The notes under the pieces are model-generated. The model had not been told where the DNA came from. It did not search any database and saw nothing but the letters and a program-made list of their open reading frames with translations. From assembly GCA_010015805.1 (NCBI GenBank), contig ML978136.1, positions 310,001-374,000 of the forward strand: a stretch of DNA of 64,000 nucleotides, read 5' to 3'. A program made the position numbers and the translations under genes. Source of the stretch: Rhizodiscina lignyota. Taxonomy: Eukaryota. How positions within the stretch are numbered: the stretch's first letter is position 1; each line of letters starts with the position of its first letter. Of this stretch, positions 1 to 12,778 are shown piece after piece.

Positions 1-2376
1 GGTCAAGAAGATCCAACATTGTGTCTTGACGAGGGGCTCCAGGGCGAAGTCCGAGCACATGTAGCGCCTGAAATTTCATTAGAGTCTCCACCAGGACAAC
101 ATCAGGACAATACCTTACCTTTATAAGGTACATAGAAGCGGTAGCAACATGTGTGTGCGTGCGGACCGTCACGAACTTGAAAGAGTCCAATCGAGCCAGT
201 TTTAGCGCCGACTCAAGCACAGATTTGCAGCCCTCGACAAGTTCTTCCAGGCATGCTTGATCTGGCAGGTTAAGCTCAAATTGCGTTGCTGAGACTGTGC
301 TGGGCGTATCCACTTTCGCTGACGCTATGGCCTGCACGGCTAGAGAGTTGATACACACCCGCGTGTACTCATATTCGATCCTTAAGAGCTCCACCTGTAC
401 GTGAACCGGAGTATCTGATATGGCTAACAACTTCGTTAGTTGTGAAGCTAGCAGCGAAACACTTTGCACGTACTGAGCAGATGAGAGAATTTAGATTTCC
501 ACTGGTCAAGCTGTGTCTTGAAATGCTGCAGAAGTTCGCCGTACCCGCCACTGTCGAGCAGACTCTGGGTTGTCGCACTGGAGGAGAACAATATTTCAGA
601 CGAGGATCTCCGCAGTCGTGCTAGTTCAATCCAAGGCCCGAGCCTAATTCCTGGTCCTGTATGCGTTGACTGGTATTCCGGACCTATTGTTGCTTGCATA
701 GAGGTATGAAATGGCGTTTTGGGAGTTATTGTACCCGTAATAGAAACCAGCTCATTGATATATAGGAACAGTAGCTTTCTCAAGCGATCCTTTCTCTCGT
801 ACGAGTGTGCATTATCCTCAATCACACCGGGCTCTCTTGCGCTCATTCCGGAGAACAGCCCCAGTTCGTGTGAAAGCGAGAGAGCGGAACCGTATGACAT
901 CCTGCACGCGTTTATGAGAAAGCAGATAAATTCGAGGGGCTTGTACATGAGATCACCACTTAGCTTCACTTACCATGACATCTTGTTTGACAATTTCAAA
1001 CGAGATATAACATTACTGTGCCAGGGATCCGCTATATATCAATTGATTAGCATCTTTTGTATGACGGTCTGCTGGTTTTCTTACCTAAGTAATCCCCTGA
1101 CACCTCTGAACCAACCCGTCCCTTCGGATCTGACGCGGACTTTGGAAAATCGAAATTGAAATGAAAGCAGCGCGGATGCCAATCGGTGACAAGTAGGAAA
1201 CTTTCTATGGTTCCCAAGCTCCGGAGACTCCCGCAGTGACTCTCGCTGAGACCCCAACTTACCTGATTAAAAAGCGACTGACAATACTTCCATAGCTTGT
1301 CATGCAAATAAAACCCTCTCGTGATAGCTCCTTGGACGTTCAAAAGGTGATATCTGGAGGAGAGCATTAGAATTGTGGAGCATAAGACATGTTCTTTCGT
1401 GACGAGATCAAAATGCTTAGAGTGGTCGGCATAAGCTGAATCGAGAATGATCGAATGGGGGCGCATATTTTCGAAGAAAAGATCAACGTATGTAACGGCT
1501 TCTTGAGCCGTTAGCCATCCTTGTGCCACTGGTGGATATTGCCTCCATATGCCCAGAACTTTTGGATTGGGCCTCGAAAGCCTATAATGGGTTGTAAACC
1601 ATTTTTGCTGTTCGCTTCTGACGTATGCGCTGGAGCTGCGCACTCCATCTTGAGCGTGTGAGTTGTTGGACGCCAGTGTTGTGTCGGATTCTGGTGTGTC
1701 GCCATAATTACTTTCAGGGACCGTGCAGGCATCACAAAGAAGATCCAAGGCATCATGTTGGTTGGTGATACAAGTCTTCAAGACTCGATCAACAAGTTGC
1801 TGTTGCTCAGGGGACAGGGCTGTCTCGCTCTGCTCCGCCGCTATAAATTATCCTCCTGTCAGTATTCTGGGCATCCAGTACCAGGCATATGAAAAAGACA
1901 GAAAGAGACGTAGAAAGGAATGCTTACGGTGAGGTTGATCTAAGGAGGCGTCGGTGCTTCCTGAAATGTTGGCTGCTGTTGGCTGAGAAAATTCGACCCG
2001 ATTTTCGGTTGCTTCGCGTGCATTGCCTACAACATCAATCGTTAGTATTGTAAGGTGAAGTGGTAGTACGGAGCAGCTCAGGAAAGAATACAGAGCGATG
2101 AATATGAATTACACAAAGGAGTCTGCCAATAGACTGACCTGACACAAGTTCATTGATTACATTTTGATCTACATTAACGGGGCGAGGAGGAGAGCCAGTG
2201 TCCCAGTTGGCAGGCCTCCTTTTCGCGTCAAAGACACAATGCTTGCGCTCTCTCTTGCAGCGCATACATGGTCCCAGATTCCCATCATCATTGACCGAAG
2301 GTTCGCACTTGATCTTCTTTTTGCGGCAGTTTACGCAAGCCTGGTACGAACGTTTGAACTGTTGCTCGACAGGCAT
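1..2376 (-). CDS. Zn(II)2Cys6 transcription factor, ARO80-like; at least 7 exons, 3' end runs off the left edge
   Basis: N-terminal CVNCRKKKIKC-x12-CMRC-x6-C cluster; middle region ILMLSSRYH...GTIESFLLVTDWHP and later IEYEYTRVCINSLAVQA. GT-AG introns join the ORF pieces without stops. Confidence 0.9.
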
Positions 2377-2967
2377 AGATCGACGAAAAGTAAAAAGCGG
2401 TGAGAGGTATGAGATCTGGGATCTAAACGTGATGGAGGTGAAATGTAGTGAATGCGACTTGATATGGAGTGATTTGAATTTCAGCCTCGCGAAGGTTTTC
2501 TCGGCTGAATCAATAGAAAGAAGCTTTGGTCAGGACTGTTGACAAATAGGGTTTCGAACGAACAGGGACGGGATTACATCGCGGCATCGGTAAATTGCGG
2601 GGTGCGTGGCCGCTTGCGCAGCGTTGTGGCGAAGCTTGGTAGATAGGGCTTCAGTTGGCAGAGATGCAACTCTCTTCTGTATATGTACTATCACCCTTCG
2701 TATTATTGTACAAACAAAGCCACGATGCAACGATGCATCAGAATTATTATTAGAGAGACTTTCTTCTAGTCGACGAGTTTTTTCAGGAATAGTTGAGGGG
2801 TTCGGCACAAACGCCCAGGGCGTGTTGGGCTGAAAACAACCATGACTATCAGCAATTTTTTTGTTTCAAGGAGTAGTTCAGCTGCTTTGTCACAAACCAC
2901 AGAACGGTTCAAATGATATGCTGGATAGAAGCCCAAGCACGGCGGATCTTAAGCATTACCATCGCTT

Positions 2968-3435
2968 CTAAAATGAGAGATTGAAGGCGAGGGTGTCTTC
3001 ACTCAACGCCGTCCTTATCTCGTGCATTCTACAGAAGACCATGAGCGAGTGTAAATCAAGATGTATTAATGCAACTTACCGCAGGTGTTCGGGATGTTTT
3101 GCAAAACCATCAAGGTCTTCCGCTGCAGACAAGGTCAAGAATACACCCATGTCAAAGCCTTTCGTTCTCTCCATGTCTGTTGGCGGGCCGACTTCAATTG
3201 CGAGCAGTCCTGAATTGAAGAACGCCTCTCATTAGTTCTGGGAGCTTTTTCCTAATGTGCCACAGTTCGACACACCGGGAACGTTGTCTAGCAGCTTCTT
3301 TGATTCTCTGATGAACTCGGCTTTCTGTTCTTCCGTCACGCCCTGCTTGAGACGAATCAGAACTGTCATTAATCAGTCGATCTAATGCCAGCGTTGATAC
3401 CATGAATAAACCCTACCGATGCGGTATGCTCCCAT
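2968..3435 (-). CDS. Stress-responsive A/B barrel (Dabb) protein, about 98 aa, 4 exons, absent from the ORF track
   Basis: Hand-spliced: MGAYRIVLIRLKQGVTEEQKAEFIRESKKLLDNVPGLLAIEVGPPTDMERTKGFDMGVFLTLSAAEDLDGFAKHPEHLRMHEIRTALSEDTLAFNLSF. Three GT-AG introns; the KGFDMG and HPEH motifs are typical of Dabb; TATA-like TATAAAG at about 3521-3527. Confidence 0.88.
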
Positions 3436-3630
3436 TTTTGGTTTGGAAAAGTTTCATTCCAAGATTCCGCAGTAGGGGAAGGGAAGAGAAATTGCTGCGC
3501 TAATGCTAGTGGATGGCCGTCTTTATATTCCGTAAATGCGTCGTGTCTCCAACGAACGTTCTGGCTTGCGCCTTGTTTAAAGCCTCGATATTGAACTTCA
3601 ACGACACTGGTCAATGTCATTAGTTAAAGC

Positions 3631-3697
3631 CGGAAATCCACGGCGTACGACCAAGATAGACTCGGCACGGGAATCCACGCCGTTCCACGGCGTCCGG
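3631..3697. promoter_or_regulatory. Array of CGG triplets at 10-bp spacing, putative Zn2Cys6 (Aro80-type) binding site upstream of the Dabb gene
   Basis: cggaaatccacggcgt (3631-3646), cgggaatccacgccgt (3668-3683), tccacggcgt (3684-3693). Confidence 0.5.
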
Positions 3698-3986
3698 ACG
3701 AATCCCATTCTGACGAGCCAGATCATTAGCCATTGTCCGAGATGGTCGACATGCCATCTAGAGCCTTACTCAACGGATATCTACGTTTGCGGGTTCCGTC
3801 GTGCAGGTATCTGAGAAAGCAAAGACAGCGACATAGGGAGCCGCGAGACTCTATCACGGCACTCCTTGCATTGTCCTCTATTCACTCAGAATAATTCTAG
3901 ACGCTCATTGGAGATTGCATGTCATGAGCAGATGGAGAATTTTTTGTACTAATACATCGAGAGGAACAGCATCGTTGATTTTCAGC

Positions 3987-5405
3987 TCACCCACATTGCG
4001 TCTTATGGACGCGGTGAATATCCTCCGGACTGTAATCATAGAGCCACTTCATTCCCATTGTCTGTCCTTTCATTTTCAAAACTGCCCACATAATCCATTC
4101 TTTGATGTAAAACGCGTAAGCATTGATGGACGGAGCCCTCAGTTTACCGCTGTCATCCGTCATTTGCTTTACTGCACGCAATCGAGCCTGTCTATGACGC
4201 TCCCAAGACCGGATCAGCTTCAGATGGTCGGTTGTGAACCGCACATTTCCTATCGTGTGTGCCAGTGTTTCTGCATCCTCGAGTGCCATCGCGGCGCCTT
4301 GTCCAGCCTGCGGGGAGAATGCATGTGCAGCATCTCCGATGATTATGATTCGACCGTGGTTGCTCGACCAGTGCTCGAATGGAGGTGCTTCGTAAAACCT
4401 TTTGTTGTCTGTGTTAATTGATGGTCATAGTAGTCCTGAAAATGCTAGACTTACGGATGCATGGACATTTTCTCGGGTGGGCGCTCCTCCCACAGCTGAC
4501 GAATATATGGCGGCCACTCGTTACCAAACTTCTCTGTCATGATCTTTTTCTTTGCATCTCCATTTTCCTCAAGCTTCTCCCATCCCTCTTTCGTTAAATC
4601 TTGGAACGGAAAGGTGGAGAACATGTCTATCTCAGTCCCGGACGGGTTGGAAGGGAAGACGGCAATCATGCCCGAGGTCCCAAAACAAAATGTGGGCAGC
4701 TGCACTTCATTGATGGATTCATGGAGCGAGGCCTTCGGGACATGCATTGTAAGGATGCCCATCGCACCACTGTACGGCAGCTTTGCGTTGATAATGCAAT
4801 CCCTCAATCGCGACCGCAAGCCATCCGCCGCGATTGCAAAGTCAGTCTTGACTTCTTCTCCGTCTTCAAATCTCAGCGTGACGTATGATTCGGTCTCATT
4901 GGCACTAGCCAGCTTCTTGTTGTAATGGATCTTGATGCCCTCAGCTGCGGCATGACTTAGCAGAACTTGCTGAACGAGGGCCCGATGGATACGTAAACTG
5001 TCATAGTTGTAGTGGAGCTCGCTCCCCATCAAAAAGCCTCCTATCGATCGACCAGTCCTGGCACTTGTAACATTCATCCGTTCAAAACTATGGCCCATTG
5101 CTCGAAGTTCATGCAAAACTCCGATATGTTGCAAGACCCTGACAGCATTTGGAGCAAGAGCAATGTTGAGGCCTCGGCTATCTCCCGGTGGTCTGAGTTC
5201 GTAGATGGTGGATGAAATGCCATGGAATTTCTTCAGGCATAAAGCTAGAGCTGGCCCCTAAATGCAATACCAAGCGAACTCCTTCAGCCTAGTTTCTCAA
5301 ATATTTTCATCTGGGTCCGGAATCACTCACCGCAAGGCCTCCTCCGACAATTGCTATAGAAGATGGCCTCTTGATTGGCTTCACTTCGGTTTGTGGAATA
5401 GTCAT
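3987..5405 (-). CDS. FAD-dependent monooxygenase (aromatic hydroxylase, salicylate hydroxylase-like)
   Basis: IAIVGGGLAG Rossmann motif split by an intron, IAADGLRSRLR (DG motif), IIGDAAHAFSPQAGQGAAMALEDA (GD motif). Confidence 0.92.
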
Positions 5406-6144
5406 ATTGTAAGACAGAACCGTTCAAAGATGGAAATAACTGAAGTAGGCAAAATGTGAAGTAGTATGGCAACTGCTGGTAGGTAGCCTATCATGGACAT
5501 GCGTCATAAACCTCGACTGAAGGAGAAACGAACGACAGACACGCTCTTATTGTGTACTCAGTGCCATCATCAACCATTCGCATCTTGGATTCGGCCGAGC
5601 GCCTTGCAAGTTGTGAACAGAGCATCGGATCAGTTTCACCATGCAAGACGCTTTCACCCGCGCACGTCCAAAGAGATCGGTCCATCTGGATGAGCGGCCA
5701 TAGTTCCTTCTCCAACTGCACAACCCATTCGTCTTGTCGGCTCCGAAGCGGAAATACATATGCCTCAGATGACATTGAAACTGAGTAGAGGTGGTAACCA
5801 GTTGAGGCGTTACGGACGCGTTATGGAGCGACGCGTTGACACGACCAATCAGAATGCAGAATTTTCGGCAACTCTTGGCAGATCTTGGCACCCCCTTTCG
5901 CTTCTTCGCGGCTGTTCACGGAGTCGAGCGCGACTCCTCCAGCAACCACACGCATTCACGGAGAAGCCTCCCTTTCCTTCGTACTATGTGGTGACGGGAT
6001 GTTATTCTGTTGTGGCGTCCATGAAAGACTCTTATAGCGCCAATTAATGGTTTGTATGAAGAATTTGGTTCTCTTTTGTTCATTTTATGTCTGTCACTTG
6101 GCCAATTCAATTCTGACTGTCCAGTACTATCGTACATAACGAAG

Positions 6145-7923
6145 ATGTCCCGATCAAAGCCTCAGGGTCTCGCAGAGCTGCATGAATTTGCACCTGCTAC
6201 CGCACCTGAACGTAATCATTCTGGAGACATTGAGAAGACTGATAAAACTTTGACTATGGGGGGCAAAAGTGGCCTGGCCCTCGTTCCGAAGCCCTCTGCG
6301 GATCCTAATGACCCTCTGGCAAGTCTCCATCGAACACAAACGAGACCAAGAATCATTTAGTAACGGCCTTTATTACAGAATTGGTCCAAATGGGAGAAAT
6401 ATTCCACTTTCCTTCCAATCTGCTTCTTTAGCTTTCTAGCAACTGCCAACGCAAGCAACTTCGCCCCTGCCGTGGTACTCCTGTCCAAATACTTCCACAA
6501 AAGCAACTCGACTACTACATATCTCATTTGTTTCAACACTTTGATGCTCGGAGTTGGTAATCTTTGTTGGGTTCCTCTGATGCGTAAGGTTGGCAAGAGA
6601 CCGGTGTATTTGGTAGCTCTGCTGCTTTTCGTTGCCTTTAATGCTTGGTCATATGTGGCTACAAGCTTCGAAAGCCTGCTTGGAGCACGAATCATGTCCG
6701 CATTTGCTGCTGCTGCTGCTGATGCTCCTGTACCATCTGTGGCTGCTGATTTATTCTTCGTACATGAACGCGGCTTTGTCTTGATGTTTTTCCAGATCGC
6801 TTTGAGCTTCGGCTTTTTCATTGGACCACTGATCAATAGTTACGTGATCGAAGACGCGGGATCCTGGCAATGGGCTTGCGGCTGGCTCGCCATTGCAGCG
6901 GGAGTCGACTTCTTGGTTGCGCTCCTCTTTGTCCGCGAGACCTCTTACAGCAGGGATACCAACGCAAATCCACTGGTGACCAGAGAGAAGCGGGGTTTCT
7001 TAGCATCAATGGCTGTAAACGTTGGTTTCAACCCGAAGGCATCCTTTTTCAAATCCATGTTGGATATATTCATAATCGCAACATGCCCTCCAGTATTTTG
7101 GGGTGGAATTTTAGTCGGAATATTCGTCGGCTGGTATGCTTCCACCCGCTCCTGTCCAGAATTTGAAAGCTCACATATTCGCAGGAACATCGTCATCCAG
7201 CTACAGAGCTCTGTCATATTCCTCGCGCCTCCTTATCTATGGAAGATACACGATCTGGGTCTGCTTGCTCTTGCTGGGTTAATTGGTACTGCACTAGCCA
7301 TCTTCACTGGTGGATACTTTATCGACATAGTCGCCAATCGTATGACCCGACGAAACAATGGCCGAAGGAAGCCAGAGTATCGTCTTCCCGCCATCATATT
7401 GCCCGCAATAATCGGCCCAATGGGTGTTCTGACCTTCGGACTTTGCATCGCTGACAGAAAACCGTGGATCGGAGCTGCATTTGGATACGGAATGCAAGGG
7501 TTCGGGTTGACTGCCGTGAGTAATATTATGGCAACGTATGCTATCGACTGCTATCACTCCGTAAGCCGCTTTACTTCTTTCCATTTATTCTTAGGATAGA
7601 CTCACCGCTGATCCTTGTCAGTTTGCCGGGGAATGCTTAGTGTTTTTCTTCATTGTGCGTTCGATCATAGCCTGTATTCTCACACTCTTCACCTTTAACT
7701 GGGCTGCCGCAACTGGAATTGGTAATGTGAGTAATGCTTCATTCCATCTCGTGGCCCTTGAAAGATCGATCTCCCATCAATTCAAGAAGACTAATATTTC
7801 CGTGACTAGATGTTCGGCCAAATGGTTGCGATTCAATATTTGTTTCTTCTCTTCGTGCCCATTTTCTATTTCAAGGGCCAACAGATTAGGCGCTTCACGA
7901 TTTTACCGATTCTTGAGATTTAG
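6145..7923 (+). CDS. MFS transporter (HOL1-like); first intron is GC-AG
   Basis: PKPSADPNDPL|NWSKWEK is joined only by a GCAAGT...CAG intron (6319-6378); KVGKRPVYL, ADLFFVHERG, KPEYRLP motifs; many hydrophobic helices. Confidence 0.9.
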
Positions 7924-8179
7924 CAGCGCAGCCCAACTGATCTGACCCATTGCTTGGGCCCACAATATGGCAAGGCTTTGAAGCGGCCTCTCTGATCTCT
8001 TATGGTGACGATGCGCGTGGAGAGGGGATCCTTCTTCGCTGCGGAGACGGAGACAATGCTCGCCATCATCGTCCTCTGTCTGGGTCGAAGGGATTTTATC
8101 TCATGAGTGATCTTCAAGCTTCTCGTATACATCGGCCATTACGGGCGAGTCCAATTTGGATCCTGAGATTGCTCCAATA

Positions 8180-9702
8180 TCACCTTCCCTTCGTTTCTTT
8201 CGTGTCACCGGCCTGGTCTATCGGCAGTAAATCCTTGCCGCTGACAGACGTCGCATTTTTCTTCGGGGCTTTCTCAGCGTCATGAGTCTCTGGTGGTCGA
8301 GTTTTCTCAGGGGGGAGGTTCTTGAGACAAGGCGCGTTGAAAAGTTCGCCACGCCAAGCTCCTCTTGCCGTACCAGCTGCGACTACAACCCAAAGCAGGA
8401 TGACCGCAGTGGCAAAGATCTGAATATACATCAGTTCAATAATTTGGGATCTTCTGTCTTCCACTTACCGTTCCGAGCACTCTGAAAAAGAGGGAAGGCA
8501 TGACCTCGCCAATGAGAATGGTGCTGACAGAGTAAACTCCAAGAGGAAATGTGAAGCCCCACCACCCCATATTGAATGGAAATGGACGAGATTTGTGAAT
8601 TGCAATGAGAGCAAATGAGAACCATAAGAGGCCCCAGCTCCACATAACTAGAGCGATGAAGAATCCGAGAATGTATGCCATCCTCCCAGCGAGTGGATCG
8701 ATAGTCGATGTCTTTGGGAAGACCTCTGCGGCCATTTTGCCGAGATACAGAATCCTTGAATATGTTAGACTTCTGCGGTAGAACGCCTACGTTTCTTGGA
8801 CAGTACAGTGGACGTACGTGTAACCACCGAAGCCTAACGGCCCAAGCGGCAAGAATGCGCTGACCACGACCTCTCGAGGTGGCATCTTGTGTAATGCTAG
8901 ACGCTGATAATACATCACAAGTACTGACATTGCCATTGGAGTCGCCATTCCCCACATAACATATGACACGATTATCGTTCCGAGTTGATAGTGAACATTC
9001 GGAAGTATCTCTGATACTTCGGATCCAGTGCCGGCTGCAACAATTGTTGCTGCGATGGGCAGTAATTGGGTCGCCAGAATGCTGTCGAGGGCACGTGGAT
9101 GGCTACCTGAAGTTCTGCCATCTGGTCAGAGTGCATGCCGTGAATTTGACTGCTGTGAAAGGGACATACAATAGCATGGTAAGGCTAACTGTGACCGTCA
9201 CAGCCACAATCGAGTCGAGCATCCACAATGCCCATGCGAACCAAATGGCCCATTCTCCCCAAGCCGGTACACAGACAAAAATCCACATCTCGACAATTGT
9301 AGCAAACCCCATCGGAATTGTTCCGAGGAACAGCGAGTTGTTCGAATCTTGGATCATGACCGTCCAAATCTCTGGGTACAAGGTATATCTCAGCACCGAT
9401 GCCGTAAATGCTGCCATAAAAAGACAAACATTCAACACGAAGAAGATGAGGCTGAGGTAGTAGAGCCATCGTGCCTTCCAAGGAATTGCAATGAGGAGTG
9501 TAGAGATAATGCCGGTGCCCATCGTCACGCTGAACCATGACGGGCTGAAGTTGCGGACGATGCGGCGCCATCCGACATCATACCTAGATAGCGGAGCATT
9601 CTTGGTCTTCGAAGGGATCTCTTCTTCTTCACCAGATGGGTTTGTTGCCGTCCTCCGCAGCGAACGGAGGCGTGTTGGAGCAGCTTCAGCGGGATTGTCC
9701 AT
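8180..9702 (-). CDS. SSU1: TDT/SLAC1-family sulfite efflux pump or C4-dicarboxylate transporter (Ssu1-like), multi-exon
   Basis: RRIVRNFSPSWFSVTMGTGI, SLFLGTIPMG, SAFLPLGPLGFG, FNMGWWGFTFPLG motifs. Confidence 0.88.
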
Positions 9703-10403
9703 CGTGTGCTTCTCCTCCGGTTAAACTTTAGCCCAGCGGCAAAATCTAGGTTGTTCTCATACCGTTACATATAGATGTTGAGAAAGACGAAAATCGAAAA
9801 GAAGCCTCATGTGGAATTTTCCATTTTGAGATGCGTCATCGGGTGGAGCCGCGAGCCCTTCTTTCGGGCCTACCGCATTCTCCGCACGACTCAAACATTT
9901 CACTGTCAAAATGGCCTCTTCCTTCTGATTACTGTTAGTCTTTGTTTATTACTATCGGAAAATTAAGGTTCAAGGCAAGGTCGAAGGTATTCAGACCTTT
10001 TCACGCCGCGACATAACCACATGCGGAAGAGGAAGACTGAGATCAGAGTCAGAGACGTATCTTCTCGAATAAGCACCACCTAGAAAATAAAATATACAGG
10101 TTCCGCAATATTGAGCAATATCATGGATTTTATCGTCATGCAGTTTGCTGAGGAATCAGGATACATGCTCGCATCTCACCATGGGCCTTCTTTATTGGCG
10201 AAAATATATCACAATCCATGCGCTTCCAATTCACCCAAAGGCCATTTCCAAGAGAATGAGGGCAAAGTTATCCTTGAACTAGCGTAGCTGCAAAATATAT
10301 GTAGCATATTTGCTCAAGTGTCAGGAATGAGCGATCGACCATGCGGCATGTCAAACTTATGTATGGATTAAATTGAAATGGATCATTCGCAAGTCTTGCT
10401 CAA

Positions 10404-12047
10404 TCACCATCCGTCAACTTCCTTGAAAATGACCGGCAGCCCATGCTTGGGTCTTACGGTTACCCATCCAATGATATCCTTCTGTGTGTTCGGGTCCGCG
10501 AATTGTACTTCGAATCTACCGATCCAAGCAGCCAGCAAGCACATAAACTCTGACTTCGCAAAGTCCTTGCCGATGCAGCTTCTTGGTCCGTGAAGGAACG
10601 TTAGGAATGCATAATTGCTGTTTGATCCGCCCGAATTGGCTTTGCCTTCTCCGAGCCAACGCTCTGGCTTGAATTCAAGAGCATCTTCCCCCCATAATTC
10701 AAAGCTGGTGTTAATTGCCCATGGTGGGATTGTGATATTGGTGCCTTTCGGGATGTGTTGGCCTACGAGTTCAGTGTCACGCACAGCATCGCGACGAGTC
10801 ATTGGAACGGAGGGTATGAGGCGCAAAACTTCGTTACAAACAGCATTAAGGTATGACACATGGTCGACTTGAATAGCTGTCACGCTAGACTCAGCATCTC
10901 GAATAGATGGTAGTTGGGCGCGGACCTCCGCACGTAGACGCGCCTGGATATCAGGATGTTTGCAAAGCAGGTAAGTTGCCCAAGTCATCGCAGAAGCGGT
11001 CGTCTCGTGTCCGGCAGCCAAAAATGTCATTAGCTGGTTAGCCAGGTCCTCATCAGAGAACTGCCCCGAGTCCATGGCGACTGACAGGATATCAACTTCG
11101 CCATGTTGACCTTTCTCAACCAAGAGATGTTTTCGGCGGATCATCTCGAAGCCAATGGACTTCACTGTTTCCGCAGATTGGCGGAGCAGTTTCATGAGCG
11201 GAAGGGGCAAACTGAACAAGATTTGGAAAGGAGCATTCACTCCAATATTGCCCCAAAAGAAGTATGGAGGCTCCCCCGCGAATAGTCTCTTGTATGTTTT
11301 GTTGATTTCCGTGTTCGGATCGGCAAGAGAGTCGAAATCGTGTCCCATACCTGCCAGCCCGATAATGTCCAGTGTTGCACGACTGGCCCATTCGTAGGCA
11401 CTTTGCGTTCGATTTGATTGTGATGCGGCCACAATCATGTCTGTTGACTGCCTACCCTTCGCCCAAAAGACTGGGTAGAGATCTTTGACATGCCGAAATG
11501 AGAACGCTGGCATCAGGCCTTTCCGCTGGCGTTTATGTTCATCGCCCTCTGCGACCAAGACGCCGTTGCCGAGGATCTTCCGGAATATAAAAGCTGGCTG
11601 TGCTGGTTTGATGAAATCATAGTTCTTAGTTACGAGGATTTCTTTCAAGGCCTCCGGGCTTGTGAGCAGAAGCCGCTCCTGATTCAGAAATACGCGGTAG
11701 CGGATGATACCAGCGTTTGGTACAGAATTGATCCATGTTCGGAAAGGCTCGCCATTGTTTTGCTTTCGTATAAAGTCCGCATGCGCCCAGGGAAAGGAAC
11801 CACCCTGAATCAAATGTCACCATCAGCCTTGTCCAGTAAGATGTCGGGTAGCGGTACCAACCTGTGGCTCAGGTAAATGTCTGAAAGGACTAAAGACAAA
11901 AGGGTATACGAAGACACGAAAGATGAAATTCACAGCAATCAGAGAGGCACAGAATCCAGTGGCAAGAATAGTATAATTGGGATAAAAGTGATGGGTACCA
12001 TATACGATAGCCGGTGAGAAGAGGAATAAAGCAGTTGGACTGTCCAT
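10404..12047 (-). CDS. Cytochrome P450 monooxygenase, 1 intron
   Basis: N-terminal membrane anchor, AAGHETT I-helix, EVLR (ExxR), PERW, heme motif FLHGPRSCIG. Confidence 0.96.
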
Positions 12048-12778
12048 GTTGCGGGCTGCAGACTAGAAACTAGATCCACCCGTATAACTGTGAAACACAA
12101 AACCGTAGCGAGTATAAGAACCATTTAGCAGCCTAAAGTATCAGAAAAGAAAGTAAGGTGGAGTGTTCACAAGCTTTGCACAAACGAGGTGATGCCGCGG
12201 CACACATGTCGCACGAGAACCTATCCTGCTCACTTATATCCCTGTATACATTCGGCTCGTTCTTGATCAAGGCAAGACATACATATCTCCTCGCTTGATA
12301 CGTGCGTTAAGAGTACGAAATGAAGAGGCCGGAGGTTTGAACATACCGTCGGAAAGTTGGCTCTCCGCGAGCATACTTCTAGTGGTCGATGAGACTTGAG
12401 CGAGTGAGTCTACCATACTTCAGGAGCGAGCATGGTCAGTGCTGGCCGGATCCATTTGCTATTTGCACGCCAACTCTGCGAGCTCTCTTCCGTATCAAAT
12501 ACATAGTTACGATGGATGTTGAAGGGAAGTGAGATGGCTCGGGTCTTGTTGATATGCCACTGTGGCTTGAGATAATCACCAGCCACACGTAACGGCAATT
12601 TGCGGCAAGTGCGATCCATGGATGTGGGGAAAGGACCAGCAAAACCTCGGCGCTGCATCTTCCATGCAACGTCCTTCGATGTTGCTGCGCACCGTCAGCG
12701 GAGATGTAGTCCATTAACGATCAGGACTACGAGTCCTTCATCTTAATAAATATTGAAATCAGCTTTCACGTTCCAATC

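Noticed and set aside
5491..5775. 94-aa ORF in the hydroxylase-MFS intergenic region
   Set aside because: No motifs, and it lies in a divergent promoter; probably spurious.
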